Positions 13,201 to 28,100 of a stretch of DNA of 64,000 nt are shown here, piece after piece. A model generated the notes under the pieces. That model saw only the letters and a program-made list of their open reading frames with translations. It was not told the DNA's origin and made no database searches. The stretch covers positions 372,001 through 436,000 of the forward strand of contig OZ237735.1 in the NCBI GenBank assembly GCA_965178125.1, written 5' to 3'. A program made the position numbers and the translations under genes. Source of the DNA: Bilabrum cf. latius (taxonomy: Eukaryota). Within the stretch, counting starts at the first letter, position 1; each line of letters starts with the position of its first letter.

Positions 13201-13409
13201 AAGGCTTGCCGGTTTGACGAGCGTCCTCGCTCGCTTGACGAGCTCTGCGAACTTCCCGCGGACGGCAAATTTATGTCGGCTGTTCCAAGAGTAGACGGTG
13301 TATCGCTGCTACTCTGCGACGCGATTTCACGAACGTCCTATTCATCGAGTGGTGTCTGGAGCCCTGCTTGTCGAATCACTTGCCGAACCTCCTCCGAGGG
13401 GTCACTCAT
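10251..13409 (-). CDS. PIBF1: PIBF1/CEP90-like centrosomal coiled-coil protein (~1,052 aa with TAG=Gln)
   Basis: Five same-frame ORF pieces joined by TAG. Segments EELRRRPKDSLSLRERMCLRLKEATAPLRRE, RVKSFELE, AY[Q]ALEAELD, RRVRQGVRLA and EPEAYVVKALRSKE resemble PIBF1 as I recall it. ATG 13407-13409, stop TAA 10251-10253. Confidence 0.78.
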
Positions 13410-13601
13410 TTGTCGGAATGATTCTCGGGACCTTGCACGCAGTTATCAATCACGCACGCAGCGTAGATTGGAGTGTACAGGCTCTCTAGCAGAAACAACG
13501 CGGCTGTCCCGCTCAATTTTCTAGTGTGCAGCAAACGGCAACGAATCCAAAACCACACTGCTTAATCGGGAAGCCACGAAGAATCTGATTTAACTCCGCC
13601 G

Positions 13602-15731
13602 ATGGACTCCACAGCCGGGCATAGGCTCCAAATGGCCCACTATGCATCATAGGCTATGGATGATGAAGATGGAGACATAGTGCAGCACCCTGGATCGCAC
13701 AGTCGCGGGCCAGCAGCAAGTAACCGACGTGATGCCAGATCAAACCGGGAAGGATTCTCGCATCAACAGAGGCAAGCTGCAATGCAGGGGTTGGCTATGG
13801 CCTCGATGGGGCCGCGTGGACAACCTTATGCTCGATTTCATCCAGACGTCCCAGTCGTTCCCGAGTCGACATCGCCGGCGCTTGGTGCCGTCGGCCAGTT
13901 GTAGCCCAGAGCAGTTGCGTACCTTCAGCGCCGCGGCCAGCCGATAGGCGGCCGCCCTCAACGATCAGCCCTTGACTTTGTTGGTAGTAATCCGATGCCT
14001 AAGGGAGCGGGAGCTTCTTCTCGAGCGGAAGTTGGCACACGGGGCCCTTCAGCACCATCCCGCCCCATGGAGACTTCGGGTGACGTTGCACACTCCTCAG
14101 GCCCTGGCACCAACGCCACAGCCTCTGGGTCTAGCGGTATTGTTCCCAGCTGGAATCCTGGAGGTCTTGCAGCTGGCTCCCGCGCAGCGCGAGGGCATGC
14201 CCCTCCTTCCGGACAGGCGGCCATGCAGGATGGCGAGCAAGGCGGGGCTGCTAGCTCAACGGCAGGCTCGGGGGCTATTTCATTTGGGTCAAGCGCTGCT
14301 GCAGCGCCCAGTTCCGTCGGTGGGGCAGGCCCGGATCCTTGGGCTGCGGGTGGTCCTGGGCCTTCGAGTGGTGCAGGTGCAGGTGTCGGCGCCGGTGCGG
14401 GATCCATCAGTCGTCCGATGGACGCCAAACGAGTATTGCACGTGTCGTGGGACCCTGCCACGGGCACGTTCAAAGGCATGCCCAAGGCTTGGGCGGGGCT
14501 GCTGCCGAAAGGCGTGGTTTAGTCAGCTGCAGATACCAAGCCGCTGCCGTCGCACGTGGCCCCGCCCCCCCCGAGCTAGCAGGCCATAGAACAGGCCAAG
14601 AAGGGCGAGTTCAAGCTGTTTGTTTCTTCTCCATTCAACGTGCAACACGTGCACCACGTCGCGGTGGATGCTTCGAGCACATCGGGTCTGCGAGGGCTTC
14701 CGGCAGACTGGGAGAAAGCCCTGAAGGAATCTGGAATCACGACGGAGGAAGTTGCTGCGAATCCAGGACCCGTGCTTGACGCGCTCCAGATGCACATGCA
14801 AGGGCCCCCACCGAAGCTGCCTTCGAGGCGTTCCTTCGACCGCGAGATCTCTGCAGCGGCTCTGGTGAGTCCAGATGACCCTTCCAAGCTGTTTACGGGG
14901 GTCCGCAAGCTGGGTGAGGGCGCGGGCGGGGTGGTGTACCTCGCTGAGGAGAAGGGAACGGGCAAGCAGGTTGCCATCAAGACCGCCCCCCTGTCGCAGA
15001 TCGCCGCTCTCAAGAACGAGATAGCGATGCAGCACCTCAGCTCGCACGCAAACGTGGTGCGGTACCACAACAGCTACATCCACAGGCCGAGCGAGAGGCT
15101 CTGGATCGCCATGGAGTACGTGCACGGGGGCACCCTTACGGAGGTGATCGGTCCGACAATCAAGATTCCAGAGAGCCACATCGCGTTCGTCTGCCGAGAG
15201 CTGCTGCAGGCCCTGGCTTACATGCATAGGAAGCACAGGCTGCACCGAGATTTGAAGAGCGATAACATTCTGTGCGGGTTTGACGGGTCGGTGAAGATCG
15301 CAGACTTCGGCTTCGCTGCTGGCCTCACGCAGGAGCAGCAGAGGCGCAAGAGCGCAGTGGGAACGGTGTTTTGGATGGCACCAGAGCTCGTGTCTGCTGA
15401 GAAGTCAGGGTCGGGGTATGGGCTGCTGGTGGACGTGTGGGCGCTCGGCATCATCTTGCTCGAGCTGGCCGAGGGCGAGCCTCCGCACCTGCATGTGCCG
15501 CCGGTGCGAGCGCTCATGCTCATCGTGACCCAGCCGGCCCCGTAGCTCAAGAAACCAAAGGAATGGTCGCCAGAATTTCGCCACTTTCTTGGGAAGTGTC
15601 TCCACAAGGACCCGTCGAAGCGGTCTGGGAGCGAGCAGCTGCTGCTGCATCCGTTCTTGCGGAAGGCGTGCACCCAGGACGAGTGGAGCAAGTTCGCCAC
15701 TGCCATTCTAAGGGCTCGAGGAAAGCGATGA
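13602..15731 (+). CDS. PAK/STE20-family Ser/Thr kinase with two CRIB/PBD motifs (~709 aa)
   Basis: CRIB-like ISRPMDAKRVLHV..D...F.GMP..W and VSSPFNVQHVHHV..D....GLP.DW. Kinase motifs LGEGAGG, VAIK, HRDLKSDN, DFG, GTVFWMAPE and DVWALG. Subdomain XI (WSPEFRHFLGKCLHKDPSKR...HPFL) lies after an in-frame TAG at 15543. Stop TGA 15729-15731. Alternative start at 13656. Confidence 0.93.
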
Positions 15732-16161
15732 CCAGAAACTGATGCGACAGAAGCCGTTGCAAAATGGTTTATAAATTATTACCGAACGCTGCAATCAAAG
15801 GTTTTGAACAAGGATGTCCACTCTGCGGCGCCGCGCGCTGCATCCCCGGGCCTCCGGCGGGACGGTTCCGCTTCTGGTGGCCAGCCAATGATATAGAGGG
15901 AGATTTACGTTCCCCTTGGTATAGGACACGGGTACATTGTTTAAGCTCAGGTCTATCTGGACCAACCAAGTAAGACTTGTTGGACTTCAGCGGTCTACGT
16001 AGGATTCTAATGTAAATTTTGCTATCATTGCATTTAAGTCGAGGCGATCTTGGCGGCATTCTTGCAGCACGAACGCGACGCATAGCCGCAGCAACTATGA
16101 GAGTGCACCCAGTTAAATCAAATATTTCGCAGGGCATTCAATCATCTTGCGAGCTGCAGCC

Positions 16162-19100
16162 ATGGAAAGAACTATGGACAGCCTCGAGTACGTGCTCGAG
16201 GCCCGGCAAGAAAGCACTGCCAGTTCGAGCTCTGCCAGCGCTCTGACTTCACGAAAGGAGGCCTTGTAGGCCGTCAAGGAAAGCGACAGTATATAGGCTG
16301 TAGTTGCGAGGGGTACTCGCATTAGTTCCAGCTTCCCAAAAGATTTTGAGCTGAAGGGAGCAGCCGACACCTTGCTTGCGTGCGAATCCGCGCCTACATC
16401 GCAGCAGTTCGTTCGCAGCGATGCTGAAGCCCGCTTGAGGGATGCATGCATTGCAGCTCTTCAACCATCTGCTGAAACGGGCACAACCATCCGCATTCAG
16501 CGCGACCAGCGACTTGCAATGTCTGCGATCCACGATTCGCAGCATGCTGCAGCTGCTGAAGAGGGTAAAGAGCGATCAAGAAACTTGAAAATACTCCAAT
16601 CGTCCGAGATGATCGCCCAAAGAAGCGATCCAGCATCGGGGGCGGGTTCTAGTGAGCCTGCGCCTGCGCGGGCTGATGGAGCCGCACCAGACGCAGCTAC
16701 TGATCGCATGTTTAGGGACGTGGTTTGGGCTCTGGAGCGGCGACACGGTATGTCTGAAAAGGAGCTAATGGATGAGTACCGCAGGGACGTTCGTGAGCTA
16801 GAGAGGCTCGCTGATCTGCTGCCTGGGTTGGCCGATGGCAGCCCGGCCGGCAGAGGCGCTATGGCCACAGCAAGCCGTGCATCAAGTGCATCAAGTGCTG
16901 CTGGGGCCGCGGGGGACGCCCTCTCGAGCCTGAGCTCGTCTGCTGGCGTCTCATTGCTCGACAAAAACGCCCCTCTCACCCCCGGTGAGGTAACTATTCT
17001 CTAGGCGCTGGCAGACATGCTCGAGTCAGACCTTGGAGGGAGCCTTGCCGAGGAGAGCACCGCAGCGGTTGAGACACTCAGGAGCACCGTACAGGCATGC
17101 GTCTTGCGAGCGGCCAACACAACTCCGGCCGGCGAGTCCAAAGAAGGAGGGAAATCTGAGACGTCGCCATTGGTGGTCTCAGTCAGGGCGGCGCTCGCTC
17201 TCGCCAGCGCCTCTGGCCGCCCTGCCGTGCAAGCTCGCATCGCGGCCACACTCCTCTCCGAGGACCTTGCCGGACACAGCCTGCCCATTGCCCCCATCGA
17301 GCGACTGGTCACGAACACCGTCAAGAGCATGGGCATGCTGGCGAATTCGGTGCCATTCTGCCACACTCGAATCAGGGCAGCAGTGCCCCTGCCTCGGCCA
17401 GGCGTTGTCGTGCCGAGCAGCGGGTACCGGCTGCTGGACGATGGTGCCAATCGCGCATCTAGAGATCTATTTAATGCATTCGGCAAGCTACGTGTAGCTG
17501 CCGATGATGCAGTCGGGAAGAAGTTGGACGACCTGGGCAGGCCGCCACTGCCGCCGACTTACTACGAGATGTGCCAGGTCAGGCCCGGCGTGCTGGCGGT
17601 TCACGGGAAATGCGGAGCGCAGCTGCTGCAGATCGGTGGAGCCCTGGGATCGAAGCCAGGCCACACGATCCTGTCAGTCCCAGGACTTTTCATGCGAGTT
17701 CCATTGTCAACGGTGCTAGTTGCAGACTCGCTCTGTGTATCCGCGCGTGCTGGCCACGGTACTTTGCGTGAGTTGTTCGTGGACTCTCTGGCACCGGCGT
17801 CCGTCTTCCGAATCGGAATCGACCAAGGTGCGCATTCCGACGGTTCTGTGGGCGAGGCAGTCTCAGCAGGGAATGCGTCTCCTGGCGCGGAGGAGTCGAA
17901 GGATGCGGATGAGGAACAGGAAAGCAAGGAGGCTGATGAGGACGACGCGGCGGCAGCCGGGCAGGGACCTAGAGACGATGCAGCCGCTGCCGACCACCCT
18001 GAGCCGAGCCGGTCAAAAGTGGGTTCAAAACAGTGCAATGCGGCCATGCATAAGAAGCTCGACGAGCTGCATGGACTCATGCTGGAGGACCTCAAGGGCT
18101 GGACGAGCCCTGCCATCGCAGACTCGCTTGACAGGTTCGCCCTGGTTGAGCTTTCTCAAGAAACCATGCTGCCCACTGGCACTGTGTTCGGAGTGAAACC
18201 TGGAAAGTCAGTCAGTTCGTCCGCCCCGGTAGAATCGGAAACGACGCGGGTGGGTTCAGCCAAAGAAGCTGCCGGAAGCTCAGCCAAGTCAGGCGCTGTA
18301 GGGAGTTCTGAAACGGATGTAGCCTCGCTTTCGGATGAAGCGCGGCTGCAGAGGCAAGTGTTTGATGACGTTGTGTCGGAGTACGGCTACCTGCGGGTGG
18401 TTTCCCACGGCAGCACTGTCTATGGCCTGCGCCTGGCAACGTGCGCTGAGATGCTCTCGACTGGGATCGGACTGCCTGATGACGACTTTATTGGATCGCT
18501 GCCGGGAGCGTAGCCCGACGATGGTGAGGAGGAGGCCCACGTTAATATTGCCGCCCGTTTGTGCCCAAGTCTGTCGATTGACACGTTGGAGTTCGCCGAT
18601 AGAGACTCGATCGAACGCCCGGCCGCTGCCAGCGACGACAATGGCTCGGACTAGTACCCAGTCGTGTCACGGGTTCGATTCTTGACTCCGACAAACACTC
18701 AGGTGCTGGCAGGGTGGAGCTATCTCACCGCTATTCGAGAGGATGTTGCGAGGATCGCCACGCAGGTGCAAGCCGTCCTATCTCTCCGTAGGCTTGAGAC
18801 TAACCCTGACACCCTGTTGCCGAGCGAACTGGTTATGCTTGAGGCTGAGGCTCGTGGTATCGCTGGCCGTATGGCCATACCAACGCTGATAGAGTCTTTG
18901 CAGCAAAGTGCAGGCAAGCATGGGGATAGTTTGGACGGTGCGGCCAATGGTGATGGAGATGAGAATGCTGCGGACGAAGAAGCATCCGGTGCTGCCAGCG
19001 GTGCAGGTGCTGATGAGCCAGCTGTAGACCTAGTGTCTGCACAGAACCGAGCGTGGCTTAGATTACTGAAGAGCAGCCACCCTCTGCTTGCACTGCTGTT

Positions 19101-22100
19101 GTAGAGGGACGCCGGCACCCTGCGTCTGCTTGATCGCGGCACAACTGTGTTTGACCTCGTCGCAGTACAAGCAACGGGTCGTGGGACGATAGATATTATC
19201 TTGCCCGGGAGACTTGCCACTCGACCGCCTGTGTCTGTTGCATTTCCTACGGTTGGGCAGAAGAGCGTAGTGTCGTACGCTTCTGCGCAAGCAATCATTC
19301 CAGACGCTCCAGGCAAAGACTCGCGGCAGATGCCGGGAAAAGTGCCGAAATTCAAGGCAGAGCAATGCCTTGCGCTCCAACATGAGTACGCCATGGGTAT
19401 GTTGAAAAAGAAGCTGCTTGACCATACCAATGACGATAAGCCGCTATGGAGTGCTGTCGCAGACAGGATTGATCTTTGCCGGCACGACGATGCCTCGCAG
19501 GTGCTGCGACGCGTCGTGGAGGAAGCCTCGAACCGGTCCATCTTCCCTATTGGGGACAGGAGGCGCCAGCACACGGTCAGGATAACAGGTAAACAGCCAC
19601 CAGGTCCGTCATCCAGTGGCTATGCAGGATCAAGCGGTTGGGGCAGCACGCCGTCGTCTCTGCCAAAAGCAGACGTCCAGTGGAGCCAAGGCGACAGAGT
19701 CATTGAGCCAGTATCGAAGCGGGAGGGAGTGGTCTTGAGTTATGACTCTTCCTAGGCCTTGGTCAGATTTGTGGAGTGCGGCGAGGTAAAGTCTATCGAA
19801 GGGGGGGACCTCGATGCGCTAGACCGCGAGGCCTTGTCTGGAGGAGACGGGGACTCTGAGGACAGTAGGCTCGTCGTCACAACACATTGGCTTCCACCCG
19901 TTGTTTTGCTGGATGCCTGCGAGTACGGCTTGGACAGCGATGGGAGCCTGCCTCAAGGGCTGCCTGACTTGGATGGAATCTCCATTCGTGGCTGGCAGCT
20001 ACATGGGAGACACGGCTGGCTCGGGAGGGTCGGTGTCAACTTGCAGTACCAGCTGGAGGAATTTTCTTCCGAAGAGAGTGCGCTAGCTTGCAAAGCTGTG
20101 CTCCCTACGCGTGTAAGCGGTATCGATGCGGATTGCAGGCATGGCAAGGAGGCAATCTAGTGCAGGGCAGCCTGTTACAATCTCGACGGTCACACGCGTG
20201 GTTATGGCTAGGCCAACGACCCGTTCCGCCTTGAGCCATTGTCCTCCATCACCGTCGACTATGCTCTCTCTGGGCTGAATTCGAGCGCAGAACGCTTCTG
20301 CGTGCCTTACCTAGGCGACCAGGAAGCAGCAGCAGACGGAGCCATACGCAAGCCTTCCGCAGTGTTGGCGTAGTCTCATTTTGACTTGAATGGTATGTAG
20401 CGCATCAGCGATGGTGATGTGGGCAAACACACGAGGTAGATGCGGCGCTGGGCAATGCAATGGTCGTCGGCGACTCGAGCTCAGGTCCGCTATACCGATG
20501 CTAGCTCAGATTCGGCCGCTGGAGGCGCCTCGATGGCAACGCCTAGGGTTTTGCCACGGCCGGCAGCTGAATCAATCGGAACACTTGATAGGGTATCTGA
20601 AGCTTGCCGAAGCTCAATTGGCACAGTTTCCGGAATCGCATCGCCGAGAAGCCCAATTGCTCCCTTCTTGCGGGAAATCCGGAGGGCCGAGGCGAAAAGC
20701 GGTTTCATCACTGCCAGGACCCTATTTAAGCAGAGCACAGGAGCAGAGCCAATCGACAGTAGCGGAGAGAAGACAGAACCTTCACCTGCTGGATCTGCCA
20801 GCGGTGGTGCGGCCGCCAACGACTCTCGGGGGGATGATCCGCAGGTGGATCGGCACGCACGATGGCTTGCTGCCAGGGCTCCTGCAAACCCGAACTATGC
20901 AGAGGAGATCGACAAGACGAAGCACGCGGACCTCAAGGGCGTGCAAGTATTCAGCGACGTGTCTAGCGACAAGTACGGACTACCCATCCTTAAGTCGGAC
21001 GATTTTCTGCTGCCACGGCGCTCCAAAGGGCTTGCACCCCCCTCGAATGCGATGCGTCTTGCTTTTGGTGCCCAACTCCAGGCCGTGATGCGCCTCACAA
21101 AGAGGGTGCCCACGGAGTGGTCGTTTTACGGGGACAAGTGGACGCAGTGCGAAAGCAGCTTACAATCAATGATTCAAGACGTTATTTTATCCAAGGGTGA
21201 AGTACCTCCATTCGTCGCGTGGCGGCGAGCAGAAAGCAGGTATGTTCTTGCTTGCGTTCCGTTCTTCGCCGTGGAGCAGTTCAAGCGCGTCGCCGACTCG
21301 TGCCCTGCAAGTGACTCGAGTGATTTGGGGTCATGCGTTTACTTCATACAAGTGAACACGGTGTCAGGCATGAAGCGGCCAATCAGGGTTCGGTTCGTTT
21401 CGATGGGCATTCCGGACGAAATGAGGCGCCTCGTCGAAGCTGTGCGGCGAACCATGCTCAAGTGCAAGGGTATGCCGCCACTGGACCAGGTTCAATCGGG
21501 GCCGAGCGCTGAAGGGGCACCAAAGGCGGCCACGTCCCCAAAGGAACGTGCAATCGTCAAGTTCGCCGGTGAAGTTGCATCCGTGCGCGCAGCTGCCCAG
21601 GCTGCAGTGTATATGACGGCACAGCGCTTCACTAGCGAGCCGCTGAACGGCATCAAGATTGCTGTGCTGACGCACGATTCTATGACAATCGACGATTCTT
21701 ATCTATCCATGCCACGTGCAGTTGCTAGACTGGACTGGGGTGGAGACCGTGCGCTGGCCGCGTGCTGCCTGTGCCCCCGCAAGCTGGACTTAGAGCACTT
21801 TACCATAGCTTCTGACGATGAAATGCCATTTTTGATCATTTCTGGTGAAGATGGGAGCATGGGAAGTTTGTTATCGCCTTCACACCAAGCCAGGCTGATT
21901 GATAGGGCAGTGTAGCAACAGCAGTACTTGGACTGGCTCGGGGGTGGCTCTGCACACGTGGAGCAGTCCCAGTCGTCACTTCTTGGCGCTTAGTCGCCAG
22001 GAATAACTCCTGCATCAATTGGCGCACTGCTTACTGAAGGTATTCGGAGAGAAACAGCAAGGCCACAGCTGCTGAAGATGGACTACGATTTCAGGGTGGT

Positions 22101-25100
22101 TGATTCTGGCCGTTTTCTTCGACTTCGCAAAGTGTGCCGTGGCCGCTCATTCGCTGAAATTGGGTCGTCGCTTGAGTACGTTTCAACTGTTCTGGCATTG
22201 CTGCAGCTGCGGGCCAATTCCTTGCTTTCTTCTGGTGGCGAACCACTTGGTCAGGCTGCCAGTCGGATTTGCATGGCCATAGCCTCGTCTTCGACTATTC
22301 GCATGCATCCCGTTCCACGATGGCTGCACGAGCGGCCAATAGCTGGATTGTGCCCACTTAGCTTTGTTGCTGGGTAGGTACTGCAAGCCTGCATTAGATC
22401 AAGCTAGGTGCATCAGCCGGGGGTCACGGTCGAAGCGTGCCAGGGAATTCTTGCCACAAGCAATCGTGCGCATGTTTCATCCAGCGATGTGTTCGAGATA
22501 CTGCATAATGTCATGAATGGCAAGGGGGGCCAGCCAACGTTGACATTCGCCAGAGCAGCGTTATTTGTATTCGGAGACACCACGCTGCGAAAGTACTTGA
22601 TCGGTCGGGCTCCATTGGCGCATTGGGCGCAAGACTAGCTAGAGCAACTTGTGGGTGTCGCTGCGTGCGCAATCTAGAGGGCGGCTTCGGAGACCTACCG
22701 GACCGTTGCATTTAACTCTATTGTGGTGGCACTTTCCAACCTACAGGAGCAGTGGGTGTCTAGTGAGGCCAGCAGCGATTAGCCGAAAGCTCAAGTCAGG
22801 CTGGCTAGGCTTGTGTCTGCAGCGAAGGTGCTCTAGCACTGCCTCGCAGCGTGCGAGCACGTGCTGGGGGGCTCTCCAGGCACTGATGTTGGTATTGCAA
22901 GCCAGGCGGCAGATATCGTCAGGGGCTCGCGAAACCTTGCAATCACGGTGTCGCTGTGGCTTGAGGAAGCAAGCCAACCGTCGCCGGAGGAGAAAACGGA
23001 TGGATCGCGAGGGCAATACGCTCTTCCAGAGCAACACCCAAGCCTCGCTACTATTCAGGCTGTGGAAGAGGCCTCGCCAGATCTGCTCAAACGCCTTGAA
23101 TCAATGTTACGTGCTCTTCGAGGCCAGGGAAGACAGTGCGCTGGTGTTACGTCCGTAGCCGCTACAAGCCTTTAGGTAGCGTGCGAATCGCTGCTTTGCG
23201 ACTTTTTGAGGCTTCGTCTTACTCTTTCACCCTTGAGTGGTGCTGTTGCGCCAGGCAGTAGTGCATCGAAGCAAGAGACGAAGCTTTATCCAGGCAGCGG
23301 CATGTCGTCATGGATAGAGTCAACCGTGATGTCAGGTGGTCTAATCGCTGCGACAGGTGTAGGCGGAAATGTGCCTAACACGGGCCCTCCAGACTGGATG
23401 GAGCAGCTGGCCGAACTTGGACCAGCGTCTCCAACGTATTCATCGTGTGTGATGGCCTTCCTGATGGAACTATCGTCCCCACGCGAGGAGCTGCGCGGTC
23501 AGGCCCGTCCGAAGCTCTCGACCAAACCAGTCTCGGCTGCTCACCACATGATGGAGTTCGTGCGGTCTTGCGACAAGTCTTTAGCGCGAAGAAAGCCGAG
23601 ATCAACAGAGTTTGCAGCGTGTCGTCATGTTGAAGGGAGCTGCTTCGCGGCGCTGCTGCATCACACGCGGGCTTCAGGTCTCGCCGCTGCACTTGCAATA
23701 GCTCTCTAGAGCTCGGCCGCTGGTTCAGATGGTGGCCATCCAAGTCTTGCGCCATTCCGACTTTCGGTTGAACAGGCTGCGTTGCAGTTGGTACCATTGC
23801 TAGACAAAGCAGTGTCCGTGTGGCAGCGTAGAGTGCAGCCAGCCGGAGCCGCGCTGAAGCAGCTGACTGGCAAGATGGAGAATCTTTCAGTAGCAATCAA
23901 GGAGGATAACGCAGCTCGTGAATTGCTAGAGGAGAAATTGAATAGTGCGCGTACAAAGTCAACGGGGGACGCGGAGACTGAGGGGCCGGCAAAAGACTTG
24001 CCGAGCCTTGTATCTGTCTCAAAGGCGAAGGCGTCGGCATTAGCAGCAGCTGATGCTAGCCTGGTGGCCGAAATATCTGCTCTCGGAAACAATAAGAAGC
24101 GCTGCGAGAATCTCTTTTTGGCTTTAGGTGGGGCGGGCGAATGCAGCACAAACAGCCGTGGCAAGCCTTCGGTCACTGCTGGACTCGGGTGGTTCGAAGC
24201 GGTTCCAACCGACATTGCAGTGCAGCACTGCATTTCTCGAGCGCGTGGCATGTGCCGTAGAGTTGCCCTCCGGTCTGTCCTAGCAGCCATGCATCCAGAA
24301 AAGTTCGGTGCGCAGGACAGCAGCGAACTCGCACTGTTTAGTTGGAACTCTCAAGAGACTGCGGAATGCTTGGCTGGTCAATTCAGTGGCGAGCAGGCTG
24401 CTGCTATTGGTGAGGCAGCAGTGTCGTACGGACCATTCGCATACCCCGCTATCTCTGCTGTATGCCGTGCCTAGTTCTTGCTGACTGTGTCCTAGGCAGT
24501 CGATGCGGGAGCCGCCAGGCTGGTCTTCCGTGGGAGTAGCAGCGCAACATCTGCTCAAGAGCCTGCCGTACCTAGGACAGCATCAAACCTGTCGACGTCA
24601 TCAAGAGGAGCAGCTGGCTATTCCAAGTTAACCGGTGAATCTCCAGCGGTGCAAATGCGGCGCAGCGTCTCTTTTGAGATGGGGTTTGCGCTCGGGTACG
24701 AGTCCGAGTCTGCTTCGCAGACAGCTGACGGTAGCTCGAATTGCGTGCACCGCGTGGCAGAAGAGGTTGTTGGTTGGGTGTCGGGACTGAACGTGTCGCG
24801 CGTATTCCCTGAAACGGTTTAGCAACCAAGCCTGCGGCTACGCCGGCAAGAGCTGTTGGAAATTGGGTCAAAGCAGCCGTATGTTGCTCGCACTGATGCA
24901 TCTACCCTGTCGAATTGGCTTCGAGTGCCTTTGCACGATGTGTGCTCAATTCGTACTGTGATGCAAGTGCGCCACAGTCGAGCAATTCAGCGCATTGCTG
25001 CGTTCAGTGAGCTGCATCGGCTTCTACGGTGCGACTGGGCAGATGCAGACCTTCTCTTGTCTGCTATGCGCTCAGATCCCCCTCGGGATGATTCGTCTGA

Positions 25101-28100
25101 GCTCCCCCACTACCTCCTTGGGCTTCATGGAGCAGGTGTGGGCGTGTGTAGGAGAGTGCACGAGGCCTTTGCAGGGCTTCTGAGTACGATAACGGACCGA
25201 ATTTGCGGCACGACGGACTATCCACGAGATACGCAAATTGGGCTGGCGTCTCTAAGAGCGATATCGTTTGCTTATGCACCCTTCGACGCAAAGATGCTGG
25301 TACAGTCGGGGTCTGTAGATCGGCTTTGCTCCATGCTACCATAGCAGCAGCTTGCTACGGGAGGGGGCGGCATGGTCGAAGGCCCAGTTGATGATACCAC
25401 GCCAGAAGCTCTGAACGACTGCATCGCCTAGTTTCTTACGCAGCTATCGTGGAGCTCGCTGCGATGGTTCTCGTTGCTGAGCTCGCAGCAGGGAGGCTCC
25501 GGGCATCCCAATACCGAGCAGCAGCTGCCTGCAGATGAACCTGGTGGGATGTCAGCCTTGCAAGCGACCTGTACTATTCAGCGAGTTGTACTTAGGACGA
25601 TTGTTGGCCACCTCGAGTTGCTTTGTAACAGGGCTATCGCCGCAACGGGGTTCAGAATGCTAGTGGTTTCCGGCAAGATTGACGCTGCCGGGTAGCCCGA
25701 GAATTCTTCGCCATGGTGGTCTCTCCTTGAGAAGCTCTACTACGAGCGCAGCCCACAGCAGAACAACCTTCTGGTGGCAGTATCACAGCGTGATTTGGAC
25801 CGGATCGAGCAGCTGTTGCTCATGCTGATTGCTCAGCTGGACACTCCTGCAGGACAAGCAGCTGTGGCATCCGAGTCTTGCCTCCGGATGCTGCTCCTGA
25901 TGATCCTCGCGTGTGGTCCCGAAGTGGCTGGTCCGTATTCTTCCATGATGTCTTCAATATACTCTGGATGTGCCCTCTAGCTCAACGTGAAGACTCAGCG
26001 GTTCCTGATCAGGCTGGCTCGAGAGAGCATACTGCTGAACTGCGGCTCCACGTAGAGAGCCTTCGTACTGAGGAAGGTCATAGAGCAGGTGGGCTTCTTT
26101 GGCAACGGGGAACGCCTCCACGATAGCCCCGCGAACCTAGCTGCAAGTTTGCTGTCGCGAATTCAGTACCTGCTGCTTGGCGCGAGTCGCTGCACGAGCA
26201 GTACGCTGGTGGGCGAGGACGATAAAATAGCTGTTCCAGAAGGCTCAAAATCCGTGTCTTCGAGTGCGATACCTGATCCGCTGGAGCAAGTTCGAGGTGC
26301 TGGGCTCCTTCTTCTCTCTCGAAGTGGGTGTTTGAACGGTTTGTTGTCGTTTGTGGTAGAGGAAGGCACCATTAGTACTCAGCCGTATGTCTGTAGGGTT
26401 GACTGGGTTGATGAGTTCCCGCGGGTCACTTTGAGCTGCACGCGATCAGCAGCTGCTGCTATAAATACAAGCAGCTCTGATTCAACGAATACACCGCCCA
26501 GTACAATGCCGACTGAACACCAGGACAGCGCGTCGACTGAAGTACCAGTTGAAGAAGTGAAAGACAGCAGTGAGCATGGCGAAACGCCAAAGCTTTCGGA
26601 CTTAGCAAAGCGATTTTCTACGGCGTACTTCAACAAGCTTGTTGCTCGCGGTGAGGCGGAGCCGGGACTTCGTTCCACAGGTCTCAAAGCCCCGCGTACA
26701 TCCGCGCCATCCTGGTCGCTTGCCATCGAGGCACCCGTGGGCATACCCGTAGAGTCTTTCCTTTCTCCAACGCTGGTGGATGCCATCAAGTCTCTCGTTT
26801 GGATGCCTTACAAAACTGTGTTGCCTGGAGAGCAAGTTAAGGCGTACAGCAGAGGCTGGACCAGCGCAGAGCACATGGCGAAGGGTATGCTCCACAGTGC
26901 AAGCAAGTTTGGCTTGGCTGTTGTGATGCTGGGCTAGAAGCAGGTGTAGTGCTTACAGATTGCAGAGCGTTTGCTCCGGGTCGGCGCAAGGGCTGTGCTC
27001 CTGACAGATGCTGAAGCGACTGCGCTCCTTGATGGTTGCCGCGCCAATGCAGAGGCTGCTCAGACTCGCGACAAGGGGGATGCTGGCCAACTAGCCGCTG
27101 ACGAGTCTCCGGAGGACACTGCTCTTGTAGCGGAGTTCTTGACGTGCGCGGGAAACAGGCCTGCTGGCGTGCATTACGAAGCAATGTCCATTGTGTACGC
27201 GTTGAAGGGGATCGCTGGGCGTGCGTTTGCCCATGGGCCCATCACGTCGTCTCCGGACGATGCCATCCATGGAATGTTGCACGGCATCGCTCAGCGTCCG
27301 AACATGTCAGATGGTCTCACTGCGATGCCACTACACTCTCCGTAGGGCAGCATGCGCCTTGCTGACGCATACGTTCAGTTCGTGAGATGCCTTGCAGCGC
27401 TCCCCATACCTTCGCCAGATGCGATAGACGGGGGCGGCTCAAAGGCTCATTCGTTTGCGCAAAATTCAAATGCGTCGGGTTGGTGCTGCTTCCTGCGCAG
27501 CCACGCAGCGAGTGCGAGCTCATCTTCGGAGGCTGTGCCGATCCCCGTCACCGTACAGCGCCTGCTGGCCGAACATGCCAGCTCTTGGCCCGAATCGCTC
27601 AAGAAAGCTTGTGATGGTGCGTCGCAAGAAGCGTAGACTGAAATGCAGTAGGCTAAGCTTCGTGTGGCCGCATCGACTGCTTTAGTACTGGGCATCGGAA
27701 ATGCCGTTCCGCTTCGGGAGGGCCATCGCATCCGGTACAGGAGCTCGGCTCGCTCCAGCAAGGCAACTAAGACTGGTGTTTGCCTTGCATATGAAGCTGG
27801 ATGCAAGTATGCTGTCGTTTTGTTCGACTCGGATACATAGAAAGTGTCCTCGCTTGCTGACCTGAAGAAGCATGTCCGAATGGTCGCGGTTGCAACCATG
27901 TCTGTCATGGAAGCCGTGCCTGCTCCTAGTTCGCAGACTATAGAGAAATGGTTGCGTGAAGCAAGAACGGCTTCAAGGTCGTCCCCGCTGTCTTTGGAGG
28001 AAGTTTGTCTTAATACGGCGCTTGGCTGTGGCGACATACTTCGTTCGGGTTCGAATGATTCCAATATTCCACAGAAGCTGCTGTGCGGGCTGTGCCTTGA

